This document shows positions 11,745 through 24,200 of a DNA stretch of 64,000 bases, piece after piece. This DNA comes from Octopus sinensis (taxonomy: Eukaryota). Both the position numbers and the translations under genes were made by a program. The stretch covers positions 29,636,001 to 29,700,000 of the forward strand of contig NC_043010.1 in NCBI RefSeq assembly GCF_006345805.1, given 5' to 3'. Position 1 is the stretch's first letter, and each line of letters opens with the position of its first letter. The notes below the pieces were generated by a model, which was given only the letters and a program-made list of their open reading frames with translations, ran no database searches and was not told the DNA's origin.

Positions 11745-12115
11745 GTAACCACTGAGCCGCAGGTTTTATGTTGGAGTTATCCCAGTTACCTGAGTTACCT
11801 TCTCCTAGAAGGATGCCCTAACAAAGGCTAGGAGTCCTTCACTCCCAATGGTTTAACCGCGCGATCAGGTATTCAGTCCAATTATTTCTATGTCCCCGCG
11901 CATGATACAGCCCTAAGACATTTATTGGATGGCCATTGACTCTCAAGAGTTCCTCTGCCCTTTTGACGGGTTTTGTTTTTCATCCCACAGGGTGTCCAAT
12001 AAACACCCTCCTCACCAAGCAAGCTTGGTGGGGTTGCCGGTTTAGTTGCCGACGACCCAACCATGCAACAGGTTGTACTGGGTTACATGTTACCAGTAGC
12101 ACTCGAAAGTGACCT
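11745..12115. mobile_element. Interspersed repeat remnant, probably a retroelement UTR
   Basis: GC- and CpG-richer than its flanks; contains ccttctcctagaaggatgccctaacaaaggctagg, which resembles RTE-type UTRs from memory, and a caccaagc-aa-gcttggtg hairpin. Confidence 0.35.
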
Positions 12116-12376
12116 GACACATACATACAGAACAATATAGCTACCATTTACCAATCTCCCTCTTAGGGCATTGATTGGCCTGAGACTACTGTAGAAGTTA
12201 CTTGCCCACATTTGGTATGCATTAAGATAGAAATCAAGAATACATATTAACAAAGTGAACTCTCTATTCACAGATAAATGTTCTCTCTGATGAGTTCATC
12301 AGCAATGTAACAGCACTAGTCCTGTAAGAGTTTTGTTTTTAAATATATTATACATATAAACGTGTGTGTGTGTATG

Positions 12377-12415
<39 letters not shown>

Positions 12416-13241
12416 CTCACCTACACCCTCACACATACATACTCTCACATAAACACACATATGTTCATGTACACTCAACTTACATCTCTGAAACCTCAAT
12501 GTGTGTAGATATGTCTAAATATTTCACTATTGTAAATAACATGATATTGGTCAGTTGCTGCTTCAGCACCAATTCTGATTACTCGACAACAAATATAGAT
12601 CAATTTGTAACAAACTGTCACATTAGTTGGGGCCTGATCTAATATTTTTTAAAAATTTCTTTTTAATTCTAATCACAAACTAACTTAGATGAGCTTAAAC
12701 AAGTCAGTTAATTATTAGAGCTTTTAGCTCATAGTTTAATTTTAATTTCAGACTTGGAACAATTTAGAAGTGTTTAGATCATTCATAATTATGAAATAGA
12801 TATTATGGGTAACTCTTAGACTGTGAATTCACAAATGAAATGATTTGCAGTATTTAGTTCCATTTCTTTACATTCTGTACTCAAATAACACCATCATTCT
12901 GGGGCCAATATTATAAAATACTACCCTATTATTAAAGTCCAGTATTATTGACTGTACCCCTCCCCTGCAAATTTGAGGCCTTAGAAATCATAATAATTAT
13001 TATTTTTCATTTTCAACTTATTTCAGTCATTGAACTGTGACCATGCTGGGGCACTGCCTTGAAGAGTTTTAGCTGAACAAATTGATCCAAGTACTTAATG
13101 ATTTTCCCTTAAGTCTGGTACTTATTCTATCAGTCTCATTTTTGCTTCTTATTTTTGCTAAACAGCTAAGTTACAGGAACATAGATATATCAACAGCAGT
13201 TGTCAAGCAGTGGGTGAGATGAGAAACACAGACACACTGAC

Positions 13242-13284
<43 letters not shown>

Positions 13285-14585
13285 ACTAAAGGCAGTGTTC
13301 CAGCATGACCACAGTCAAATGTTGAAACAGGTAAAAGAATTAAAGAAATATATATACATGAATGTGTGACAATCTATCAAATTCACTTACAAAGCAATGG
13401 TCAATCTGAAGTTATAATTGAAAACACTTGTCCAAAGTGCTGCACTTTGGAACTGAATCCAAAACCATTGCAAAGTTAGCTTCTTAACCATATAATCATG
13501 CCTGACAAATTCTCACTCAGTTCCTTTTGTTTTTTTTTATCTTTCTAGCATCTCTTGTATTCATTTTACATATGATATCCACTTTTGTCCCCTGTCTAGT
13601 TAGATTGCTTTTTCTTACTGTTGACCACTCAAAAATGAAAGTAGAATCCATCATCTGTCAGGTAAATAGAACCAAGTTGTCCTTACTTGGGTACATAACA
13701 CGAGAGGCTGTATCATCTCTGGAACTTATGAACATGCATATGCACACACACATACATATATGGTCATTAGTTTACTGCCACTTCTAAATTATGTGTGTGT
13801 GTATAAATGATAAATATATACATATATTTATATATGGTCATCATATATGTTTAGGTGTTTGCAAATATTGGCTATCAATTCTATATCCATAGATAAAAAT
13901 TATCCATACAAGATGAAAACTATCCATGCAAGCTGAAATTCTGAGTTGGGTTGATTAGTCACAAATTAAAAATAAATTAAAGCAAAGAAATGAAGTTTAT
14001 GGGATTATCTTCAATTCTTTCATTACAATTTCCATACAACATGAAAAATATATTTCATGAATATTAATATATAAGGTGGTGTGCTTGGCAGAGTTGTTAG
14101 CCTTGCCAGGCAAAATGCTCAGCAGAATTTTGTCTGTCTTTACATTTCCAGTTCAAATTCTGCTAAGGTTGACTTTGCCTTTCATCCTTTTGGAATCAGT
14201 AAAATAAGTACCAATTGAGCAGTGGTGTCAATCTAATCGACCTATCCCTCCCCGAAAATTGCTGGCCTTGTGCCAAAACTTAAAAACAGTATGAATATAT
14301 ACAGCAGTAAGCTGATGGAATCATGAGCATACCAGGCAAAATGCTTAGTGGAATTTCATCTATCTTTAAATTCTGAGTTCACATTCTGCCAAGGTCGACT
14401 TTGCCTTTCATCCTTTTGGGGTTGATAAAATAAGTACCAGTTGAACACTGGAGTTGATGTATTCAACTTAACCTCTCCCCAAAATTGCTAGCCTTGTACC
14501 AAAATTTGAAACCAGTATTAATATGAAAATAATTAATTCATAACATTATTATAATGTGTGTGTGTATGTGTATATATATATATAT

Positions 14586-14793
14586 TACGGAGATGTACTC
14601 GCATAGCAAGTAATTTGATCTGAGATCGTGTGCTGAAACGAAAACAATTGCAGTGTGGAAGGTGTTTATAAGCCATTTAAGAAACACACAAAAGCCGTTC
14701 GATTCACTTCAACATTTAAGTTTAATTTGTCAAAATATTTTCGTCGCTAAAATCCGCGACCTGTTCACTGACAAAGTCCGTGCTGCATCACGG
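14586..14793 (-). mobile_element. Penelope-like pLTR fragment inserted in (AT)n
   Basis: Flanked by (TA)n on both sides. The minus strand reads hammerhead motif, ATTAAA, then a tail with a UACUU/GAGUA hairpin. A small ccgtg-N6-cacgg inverted repeat sits at the truncated end (14778-14793). Confidence 0.7.
14726..14775 (-). ncRNA. Minimal type I hammerhead ribozyme, G3:C8 core variant, short stem III
   Basis: UUUGUCA-GUGAACA-G-GUCGC-GGAUUUUA-GCGAC-GAAA-AUAU-U-U-UGACAAA: 7-bp stem I, 5-bp stem II, palindromic AAUAUU stem III region. Confidence 0.65.
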
Positions 14794-14815
14794 TATATAT
14801 ATATATATATGTATG

Positions 14816-14886
<71 letters not shown>

Positions 14887-14934
14887 AAAAAGGTCATAAG
14901 GCCAGTTTCCCATGACATAGCATGGCATATATAT

Positions 14935-15092
14935 TGCAGGATTACTCATTTTTGCCAGCTGAATGGACTGGAGTCACATGAAGTGAAGTATTTTGCACAC
15001 AAGAACACAATGCAGTGTCCAGTAATTGAAACCACAAACTTATGATCATGAGGGCAATATCTTAACCACTAAGCCATATGCCTCCACATATA
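14935..15092 (-). mobile_element. tRNA-derived SINE, family D (degenerate)
   Basis: Minus-strand head gtggaggcatatggcttagtggttaag and B-box-like ggtttcaatt; related to 58472-58867. Similar fragments near 22440-22610 and 43420-43570. Confidence 0.7.
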
Positions 15093-15271
15093 CTATATAT
15101 ATATAATAATATATGTACTTTTATGTATGTAAACCATGTGCATCTCTTCAAACTTAATTCCAAAAGAAACATTATTTTTGAAACTTAGTCTGAAGAAATG
15201 TACATGGTTTATATTGAAAAAATATGTTTAGTATGATATTATAAATTCGTTATATTCATATTGATATATAA

Positions 15272-15471
15272 GGCGGCGAGCTGGCAGACATGTTTGTCTG
15301 CCATTACATTCTGAGTTCAAATTCCGCCGAGATCGACTTTGCCTTTCATCCTTTCGGGGTCGATAAATTAAGTGCCAGTTTCGCACTGGGGTCGATGTAA
15401 TCGACTTAATCGCTTTGTCTGTCCTTGTTTGTTCCCTCTGTGTTTAGCCCCTTGTGGGTAGTAAAGAAATA
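15272..15471 (+). mobile_element. Family A SINE with a 17-bp target-site duplication
   Basis: tatattcatattgatat at 15251-15267 and 15472-15488; internal deletion in the tRNA head. Confidence 0.9.
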
Positions 15472-16945
15472 TATATTCATATTGATATTAATATTTCTAT
15501 TCATGAGAAGACAGTGAGCTGGCAGAATCTTTAGCATGCAGGGCAAAATGCTTAGTGACATTTCATCTGTCTTAATGTTCTGAGTTCAACTTTCCCTTTC
15601 ATCCATTCAGGGCCGATAAAATTAGTACCAGCACTGGGGGTCAATGTAATGTAATTGACTTACCTCACTCTCCTGAACTTGCCATTTCCAAATCTGAAAC
15701 CAATATTTCTCTTCATGAAATATATTTCTCATGTTGTATGGAAACAACCGTAACTAAATAACTACAGATAATACCATAAATTCCACTTTTTTATTTGATA
15801 TGTGTGTGCATGGTCATTTGTTCATCATCATTTAAGCTTAATCAAATCTTAATTACTAAACTTAGACTAGAGTAAATATGTCTGTGTTCTATAATAGTGA
15901 TTTGATTCTGTATATAACAAAACTTACAATATTTTTATAATATTGAGTGCGAACTGCTGATATTCTTTACCTGTCATTATATATCACCTCCTTCTCCCTT
16001 TATTCTTTGTTTGATGATCTCTGACATGGTATTGCTACTCACTGATTGTAAACGGAATATTGCTACCCTCAGTATATTTCTGGAAAGTGCGTTATTCTCA
16101 TAGAGATATTCCTCAGTCTATAATATTATATATAAGTATCATCACTAATATATAATATTATATATATATATATTTGTAAGGTGGTGAGCTGGCAGAATCA
16201 TTAGCATGCTGGGTGAAATGCTTAGCTGCATTTCAGCCTTCTTCATGTTCTGAGTTCAAATTCTGCTGAGGTCGACTTTGCCTTTCATCCTTTCAGGATC
16301 AATAAAATAAGTACTAGTTGCATACTGGGGTCAATCTAATCAACTGGCCTACTCCCCCAAAATTTCGAGCCTTGTGCCTAGAGTAGAAAAGAATAAAATA
16401 AGTACCAGTTGAGTACTGGGGTCAATGTAATTCTCCAAAATTACCCCTCCTCCAAAATTGCTGGCCTTCTACCAAAATTTGAAGCCAGTATATATATTTG
16501 TCATCACTAATATACAATATTATATGTAAATGTCATCAGTTGTATATAATCTAGAGTCACTGCCACCACACATTTTCTCACTGGAATATAATTATGATTT
16601 CATAAGGTAATTCCACTCACCATTTTGTACATATTTAGTGAAATCTGACTCCTTTCTTTAAGAGGACATTTACATGTCTTTCAGCTATCACCGGTGATAT
16701 CTCTCTCTCTTCTTCCTCTCTCTCTCTTCTTCCTCTCTCTCTCTTCTTCCTCTCTCTTTCCCTCTTTGTCCCTCTCTCTATTTTTCTATCTATTTTTCCT
16801 TAGTCAATGTTCTCCATGCACAAGATAAAGTTTTCCATCATGTGTATCCTCACCCATATATGTCTATACATCACACACACACATTTTGTAGTACTGCAAA
16901 AGTGCTCAATATACATACATATGTGTGTGTGTGTGTGTGTGTGTG

Positions 16946-17001
<56 letters not shown>

Positions 17002-17255
17002 GAGGGAGCCCTTTTGTGGTACTTAAACTGTTAGAAATAACAGCCAAATTCCCCCCAATCACACTACTGTCATTGGACAACATGGTCTCTGATTTGCCAA
17101 AAGGTACCTATCTCATGCCTAGAACATCCTTGATCATAGGTCTACTGAATCAGAGAAGAGAAAACAAACAAATGTAGAACATCAATGTCCATATATATGT
17201 TCTACTCTTTGTATATATCTAAGTTTGTTGACTACTGGAGATTAGTTGTACAACT

Positions 17256-17300
17256 GTTGTGCTGATGATGCCTGTTGAACCAGAAACACCTGTCCACAAC
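17256..17300 (+). ncRNA. Minimal type I hammerhead ribozyme, canonical core
   Basis: GUUGUG-CUGAUGA-UG(N10)CA-GAAAC-ACCU-GUC-CACAAC. 6-bp stem I, extendable by 3 bp after a U.U mismatch; core at 17262-17268, GAAAC at 17283-17287, GUC at 17292-17294. Confidence 0.75.
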
Positions 17301-17509
17301 TGTTTTCTTATCTCCAGACAATAATGAGTCTGTCCTTTTTCTTAATGGCATGTCAACTTTGAAGAATTCTTGATTATTGAGATTATTGGTCTCAGTTGCC
17401 ATTTGGTAATGACACATCCTCTAGAAGCAGAGATAATTGAAATAAATCTAAAATTGAGTTTGTATGGGATTTGATATACTTGCTTTTGTCTATCTGCTCA
17501 TATCTTTTA

Positions 17510-17845
17510 TCTTTTACTTGTTTCACTCATTAGGCTGCAGCGATGCTGGGACACCACCCTGGGGAATTTAAATCGAACTAATGGGCCCCAGTACTTAATT
17601 TCTTTTTAGGTTTGATACTTATTCTATAGGTCTCTTTTGCTGAGCTGCTAAGTTACTGGGATGTAAACGCACCAACATCAGTCATTAAGCAGTAGTGGGG
17701 AATAAGCACAGTCACTAAGACACACACACACGCACATATACAATGGGCTTCTTCCAGTTTTTGTCTACCAAATCCACTCACAAGACACTTTCACAAGGTG
17801 AATCATGTGGTTGTGAAGCAAGCTTCTTACCACACATCCATACCT
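17510..17845 (-). mobile_element. tRNA-derived SINE, family B (degenerate)
   Basis: Matches the family B copies at 45176 and 33862. Other degenerate copies lie near 13020, 25105, 32060 (+), 33275, 37617, 43790, 47930, 49046 and 62185 (+). Confidence 0.75.
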
Positions 17846-18857
17846 GCACCTATAAATTTGTGTGTGTGTGTGTACACATACATACAATACATATATCCAT
17901 ATAACACATACATCAATATAATTCTTATCATCATTGCCCATATTGCTTTGCTTTCTTTTTTCTTTATCTATATCATTTTACTATGCTGGCATAGATAAAA
18001 CTGATCTGTTTCAACACAGTGTCTCACCATTTGTCAAGGCCCCTTATTATCTAATACACTGACCATACTATATTGCCACTTGCTATGGCAATATGCTGTG
18101 AGCTGGTTCACAGATCAGAGGGAAAAAAAGATTTATTTGTTGTCACACAAGTCATATAGGCTAGAGGTCACGGTTCACTTAAGTCCTAAGTCATATAGCT
18201 GTGGCATAGTTTTAATGGCATACTACCCTGCCTATCACCAACTACTTTATAGAATGGACTGGTTGTATCTCATAACTTATGTATGTATGTATACACACAA
18301 CAGTACAGACACATATAGTAGGCATCTGCCACCATATATATGTATGTATATCTTTTTATATATCTAATATATAGTCACCATGAATTTATAAACTTTGAGA
18401 GAATAAGGAATATTTCTTTTTACTTTTTTTCTTTTAATGGTTCATGAAGTACAAATAAAGCTACGAAAAATAGTATGTAAATATTGGGTATAGATACATA
18501 TACACAACATAAAGTGTATGCTATATACACAACAGATCTGTGATCTTGGCAATCCTGGTGCTCTTTATCTACTCACTTCTCTCTCTCTCCCTCCCTCTCT
18601 CTCTCTCTCGCTGTATATATATATGTGTGTGTATGTGTCACTTTCTTTCTGTGTATCTTTCCTTCTCTCTCCTACATACTTCCATTCAAAACTAAACAGT
18701 TTATTCACTCATATATGCATACATATACATATGCAAACACATATATATATATATGTGTGTATATACATGCATACACACATGCAAGCATAAAATCTCTTAC
18801 TCTCTTGCACACACATTCATGTTTCTATTTGCATGAGTATGTGTATATACACACACC

Positions 18858-20187
18858 AGTAGAACAGAGGGCAAAATGGCTTGTGACATTTGGTGCATCT
18901 CTTTATAGTCTTAGCTTAAATCTTACCAAAGTCAGTTTCATTGTTCATCTTTCTGGGATCAATAGAATAATTACTTGTCAAGTTCTGGGCTATTGGAGTG
19001 GTTAATAAATTTTGGTCAAATGATGCTGGGGTCAGTAATAACTCACTCAATGAGGGTGAGAGAATATAATCAAGTCTTTCCTTTAAACAAACATTTTATG
19101 GTTTTGTGCCTATGTTAGAAATTATATATGTTTGTATATCTATATACACCTGCACACACAGATATACATCAATATACACATACATCTATTTATGTGTGTA
19201 TGTACGTGTGTCTGCATATATTTGTAACATACCCATTTGTCTGTGAATTCATTGTTCTTAACTCTTCCTCCTAAAGTTTAACAGCCGGTCTTGTATGGCC
19301 TAAATTCTAATAAAACCCTGATAAAATGTACTCATTCTAATAAAATGATAAAATTTAACCATTTCTAATAAAACTTATCCATTCTAATAAAATTTAACCA
19401 TTTCTAATATAAATGGCTTATAAAAACTGTTTAAATAATTTATTAACATCATTCAGTATAGATAGTTTTATAAATCTATTTTGTTTTTATTTTCTCTAAC
19501 TGCTTTTAAGATAAGGGAAAGTGACAAGCTGTCAAAATCGTTACCACTTTGGACAAAATGCTTAGCAGCATTTCTTCTGGCATTTTATGTTCTGAGTTCA
19601 AATACTTCCAAGACTGACATTGCCTTTCATCCATTCAGGGTTCATAAAATGAAGTAACAGTCAAGCACTGTGGTTGATGTAATCGACTTACCCCCTCCTT
19701 TTACCTAAAATTGTTGGCCTTGCACCAAAACTTGAAATCATTAAGAGAAGGGGATAGCTAACTACGTCAACCTTTATTCTTGATTCATATTTCATTTTAT
19801 CCTTTTGTGGGTTGATAAAATATGGTACAAATCAAGTACTGGGGTTGATGTAATCAGCTAACCACATCTCATTAAAATAGATGTCCTTGAGCTTAAATTA
19901 GAAATAATTATATTTACTATTATAATGTGGATTGGTAGAACATAAGACAAAATGGCTTGCGATATTTGGTGCATCTTTTTATGTTCTTAGTCCAAATCTT
20001 ACCAAAGTCAGCTTCATTGTTCATCTTTCTGTGATCAATAAAATAATTACTTGTCAAATTTTGACCTGGTGAAATGGTTAATAAGTTCTAGTCAAGTGAT
20101 GCTGGGGGTTAATAATTACTCACTTAATAAGAGAATATAATCAAGTATTTCCTTTAAACAAACATTTTATGGTTTTGTGCCTACGTT
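18858..20187 (+). repeat. Two diverged direct copies of an about 250-bp SINE-A-derived segment (18858-19107 and 19936-20187)
   Basis: Both share private blocks such as aaatcttaccaaagtcag and ttcctttaaacaaacattttatggttttgtgccta that are absent from other SINE-A copies here. Confidence 0.8.
19303..19412 (+). repeat. Degenerate AT-rich minisatellite of TTCTAATAA motifs
   Basis: Exact TTCTAATAA at 19305, 19335, 19363 and 19382; a near copy at 19402. Confidence 0.8.
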
Positions 20188-21545
20188 AGAAGTTATAATT
20201 ATCATTATCATTATTATTATTTTTATTATTAAGGTGATGAGCTGGCAGAACCATTAGCATGCCAGGAAAAATACTTAGTGGTATTTCGTCTGTCTGTGTT
20301 CTGAGTTCAAATGCTTTTCATCCTTTCGGGATCGATAAATTAAGTACCAGTTACGCACTGGGGTTGATGTAATCGACTTAATTCCTTCCCCCAAATTTGA
20401 GTCCTTGTGCTTCCAGTAGAAAAGATTATTATTATTATTAAGACAGCGAATTGGCAGAATAATGCTGTTAAGCATTTTGTCTGTCTTTACATTCTGAGTT
20501 TAAATTCTGCTGAGGTCCACTTTGCTTTTTCAGGGTTGATAAAATAAGTTGATGTAATCAGCTCATCCTCTCCCCCAAAATTGCTGCCCTTATGACAAAA
20601 TTTGAAACCATTCTCATCATTATTACTATTCATTTAACCAATTTATCTAAGTATATGTCTTATCTTAGCTCCATCCCACAGCTTAGAGGTGCCCCTAATC
20701 CTTTACAGGGTCTCCAAGACTTGTAGGAGTGGGGAGGAAGATATCCCCAAACCAGAGACCTGGCCCCAATGTGGTCGTGTGGTAGTGTTAAAATGTGAAA
20801 CAAATTGAGTCTGTCACTCAAATGATGAGAGGAAGGAGAGAGACAGCAAAAGAATTTTAAACTTACAGTATTGGCATTTTTCTTCCACCCAAATTTATGG
20901 AATTTTATTAAGAAAATTCTTATTTCTAATAATGATTTCTTGTATTGGCACAAAACCATTTTTACTTTTAATAATAGCAAACTTTAAAAAGCTCATACAA
21001 TAACCATCACTAAAACCTGAATTTAAAATATTCTTCTGCCAATAAGTCCTTCAACATGTTAGAAATACCAGCCAAATATTTCTTATATTGTACAAAGTTA
21101 TGGACATACTGGCTAGTGCAATCTTAGATACTCTATCATATGGTCATGGCTGGAATGCCTTTCATATTAGGCTTGCTCTTTCATTGGTGTCCAAGGGCTA
21201 AACACAATATTAAATCATTTTTGTCTCAAGTGCCAAAATGTTTTTAAATCACCAGAATTAATGACTTGTTCATGTGAAGTAAACGTGACTTTCAAATGGA
21301 TAAGTGAAAATCGGAGAGTCACTACACAGAAATATGTATGTGTGTGTGCGTGTGTATATATATATATATTGTGTGTGTGTGTCTGTGTATGTATGCTTTT
21401 TTTTATGCCTAGTTGAAGAAAAACACCTTAACATAAATTGAAGGATCACTTAATACCTTTGAATATCACATATATTTTATTTTTACAAAGGCACCTAAAG
21501 CCAAAACTTTGAAGTCACTCTCAATCTTTTACTTGTGAAAAATAT

Positions 21546-21621
<76 letters not shown>

Positions 21622-21831
21622 ATATATACACACATTTGTAGAAGAGGCAGCATATTGGATTGTCTTATATTTTATTGAAAATTCTTTAATACTGAATACA
21701 TAAGTGATTATCTGAAAAAGTAACTTTTAATACTATTAAAGCTAGGTACAGACACTATTAGAGGAAGCTTATAATAACTGTATGTTATTGCAAAACTTAA
21801 ATGATTCTCATTGACTTTATATATTAGAATT

Positions 21832-21835
<4 letters not shown>

Positions 21836-21902
<67 letters not shown>

Positions 21903-21923
21903 ATATATATATATATATATATA

Positions 21924-21969
<46 letters not shown>

Positions 21970-22016
21970 ATATATATGTGTGTGTATATATATATGTGTG
22001 TGTGTATATATATATC
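21836..22016. repeat. Long interrupted (TA)n/(TG)n microsatellite
   Basis: Directly visible; representative of dozens of similar tracts in the window. Confidence 0.95.
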
Positions 22017-22869
22017 ACTAAACAGATTTCCCTCTTTAAGTTAGCAGAAATCAACAGCATGTGGTTGAAGCCAATCTATAGGTGTATGCTGAATTTAATA
22101 GGTTGCTCCAGTCTTTTAACCCTTGTGTAATGGGTCTTGACCAATCATAGTGAGGACTAAAATTGAACCGAGTACTTAGCTAGCAACAACTCTTTCAATA
22201 TCCATTTATCATTTGTTTGGAAAGGAAATAAACCTTTGGAATTCATTTGTATTCAATTGCTAACATTAAAACATATGACCACAAGTTTCAGCATAATCTC
22301 CTTGACTTGATAATTGAATCAACCTCCATAAATGACTGGTTCTTATTGACTTTTATGACATTTCTGTTTACAATATACTGTAAGTCCTGTCTCAAGTCCT
22401 GAAACTCAAAGAACTAGTTGCCCATTTTCCATGGGGGATAAGTGACTAAGATCACAGGGCTACTCATTTACAACTGAGTGGACTGGAGCAACTTGAAATG
22501 AAGTGTTTTACTCAAGAACACAATATACCACTGAATCCAGAAATCGAAAAAATGATCTTGTGATTGTGAAAGTAACACATTCTAACCATGTGGCCATGTG
22601 CTTTCACTTAAAACACACAGAGATGAAATTAAATAATGGTCAGTGAAGGACTTTACTATTTCTGTACTCCGTTCAAACTGAATCCACTTTGGTACTCTAT
22701 CAGTAGAATTTGGGAATACAAAACCCTGGCATTTCTACTTCTTACCATTGCTAAACTGCGTGGCCAAATTTTAACTTTTCACTGCAAGTAAACAAAGCAA
22801 TTATGAATTATCACCTAATTAGCAGAAATAGCAGTATGTTAGTGTAAATGCTTCAGCTTGTAGTATTAA

Positions 22870-23073
22870 CCCATTAGCATTCAGATTACTTTATTTATTC
22901 ATATTGTTTTGAATTAATCATACATTATCTTGTAGCTTTGAGATTTTGATAATGCATTTGTTTACTTTCAAAATGACATTGAAGGGCAGTTGTGAGAGGT
23001 TTGATCTGATCAGTTTCAACATAATACAGGTAGAATATTTGGGCCTGATATGGCTGGTTTGAATGCCAAAAGG
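22870..23073. mobile_element. piggyBac-type MITE
   Basis: TTAA on both sides; termini cccattagcatt / aatgccaaaagg; same family as 40843-41046 in the opposite orientation. Confidence 0.75.
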
Positions 23074-23303
23074 TTAATCTTGTTAATCTGGGATCAAATT
23101 CTGTTAGAATTCACTTTTGACCTTTGCCCCTTCTTGGCCAATAACATAGGTAGCAGTAATTTATTAGAAGAGTCATTTAAGCATCAGACATATTGCCTTA
23201 CTGTATTCATTCTAGCTCTCTACACTTTCAGGTTCAAATACCACTGAGATCAAGTTTGCATTTCAAGGGCAATAAGTTGAGTACCAATATTGTGCCAGGG
23301 GCC

Positions 23304-23455
<152 letters not shown>

Positions 23456-23842
23456 CTATTTTGTGTCCTCTCTTCATAGAAGAAATCAAGTGTGGTCAAA
23501 CCTAGAGAAGAATGGGCTCTGCCAGGTTTTTAAAAAAATAGCTAAAACATGCCATGTCATAACAGTCCAGCTACACTCCCATTAGGAGTTGAGGCATCAA
23601 GACTAGGTAAAGTGAGACTTCTCTTTAATAATATATTACCTTGCCTTGGGGCCAAAACAAGATAGTTATAAAAAGCAGTAAACTGCACCTACTCATGATA
23701 CCAATTTGCATCAAGTTGGAGTGAGCGAATGGTAGTTTTAATTATTTTGGTTCTGAGAGATCCCTACTTGGGTCATAAATACAACACAGTGTGTTGCACC
23801 TCTATAAGGTGTAGTTGTTTGAAATTGATAAATGTTCAGCAC

Positions 23843-24016
23843 ATTTCTAATAAATTAATCAGAATTTCTAATAATCTAATAATTCTAATAAATTAATTAG
23901 AATTTCTAATAACTATTCAAAATTTTATTAATTTATTAGGAATTTATTAGAATATATTACAATTTCTAATAATTCTAATAAACATGTTAAACAAAAAAAA
24001 TATCTATTCTAATAAA
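23843..24016. repeat. Second TTCTAATAA motif cluster
   Basis: Seven exact + strand copies and one reverse copy (TTATTAGAA near 23944). Confidence 0.8.
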
Positions 24017-24057
24017 TATTCGACTGAATATTGTAGAAAAATCCAAATTAGATGTGA

Positions 24058-24200
24058 CATTATCATCATAACCACCATTATCATCATCATAGTCACCACC
24101 ACCATCATAATCACCATCATTATCATCATCACCACCCTCATCATCATCACCACTATCATCATCATTTACAGCAACAGCAGCATCACTGCTACTACTACTG
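24058..24200. repeat. Degenerate (CAT/CAC/CAG/TAC)n trinucleotide repeat
   Basis: Directly visible; source of the spurious poly-Ile and poly-Asp ORFs. Confidence 0.9.

Larger units (their letters stand above)
14073..16495 (+). mobile_element. Cluster of family A SINE copies, all on the + strand (about 14073, 14305, 15272, 15512, 16178, plus a 3' fragment near 16400)
   Basis: Repeated gagctggcagaa heads and ctttgcctttcatcc central blocks. Confidence 0.85.

Noticed and set aside
11995-12100. tcctc plus hairpins suggesting an HDV-like ribozyme
   Set aside because: No P1 partner or J4/2 catalytic C context could be assigned.
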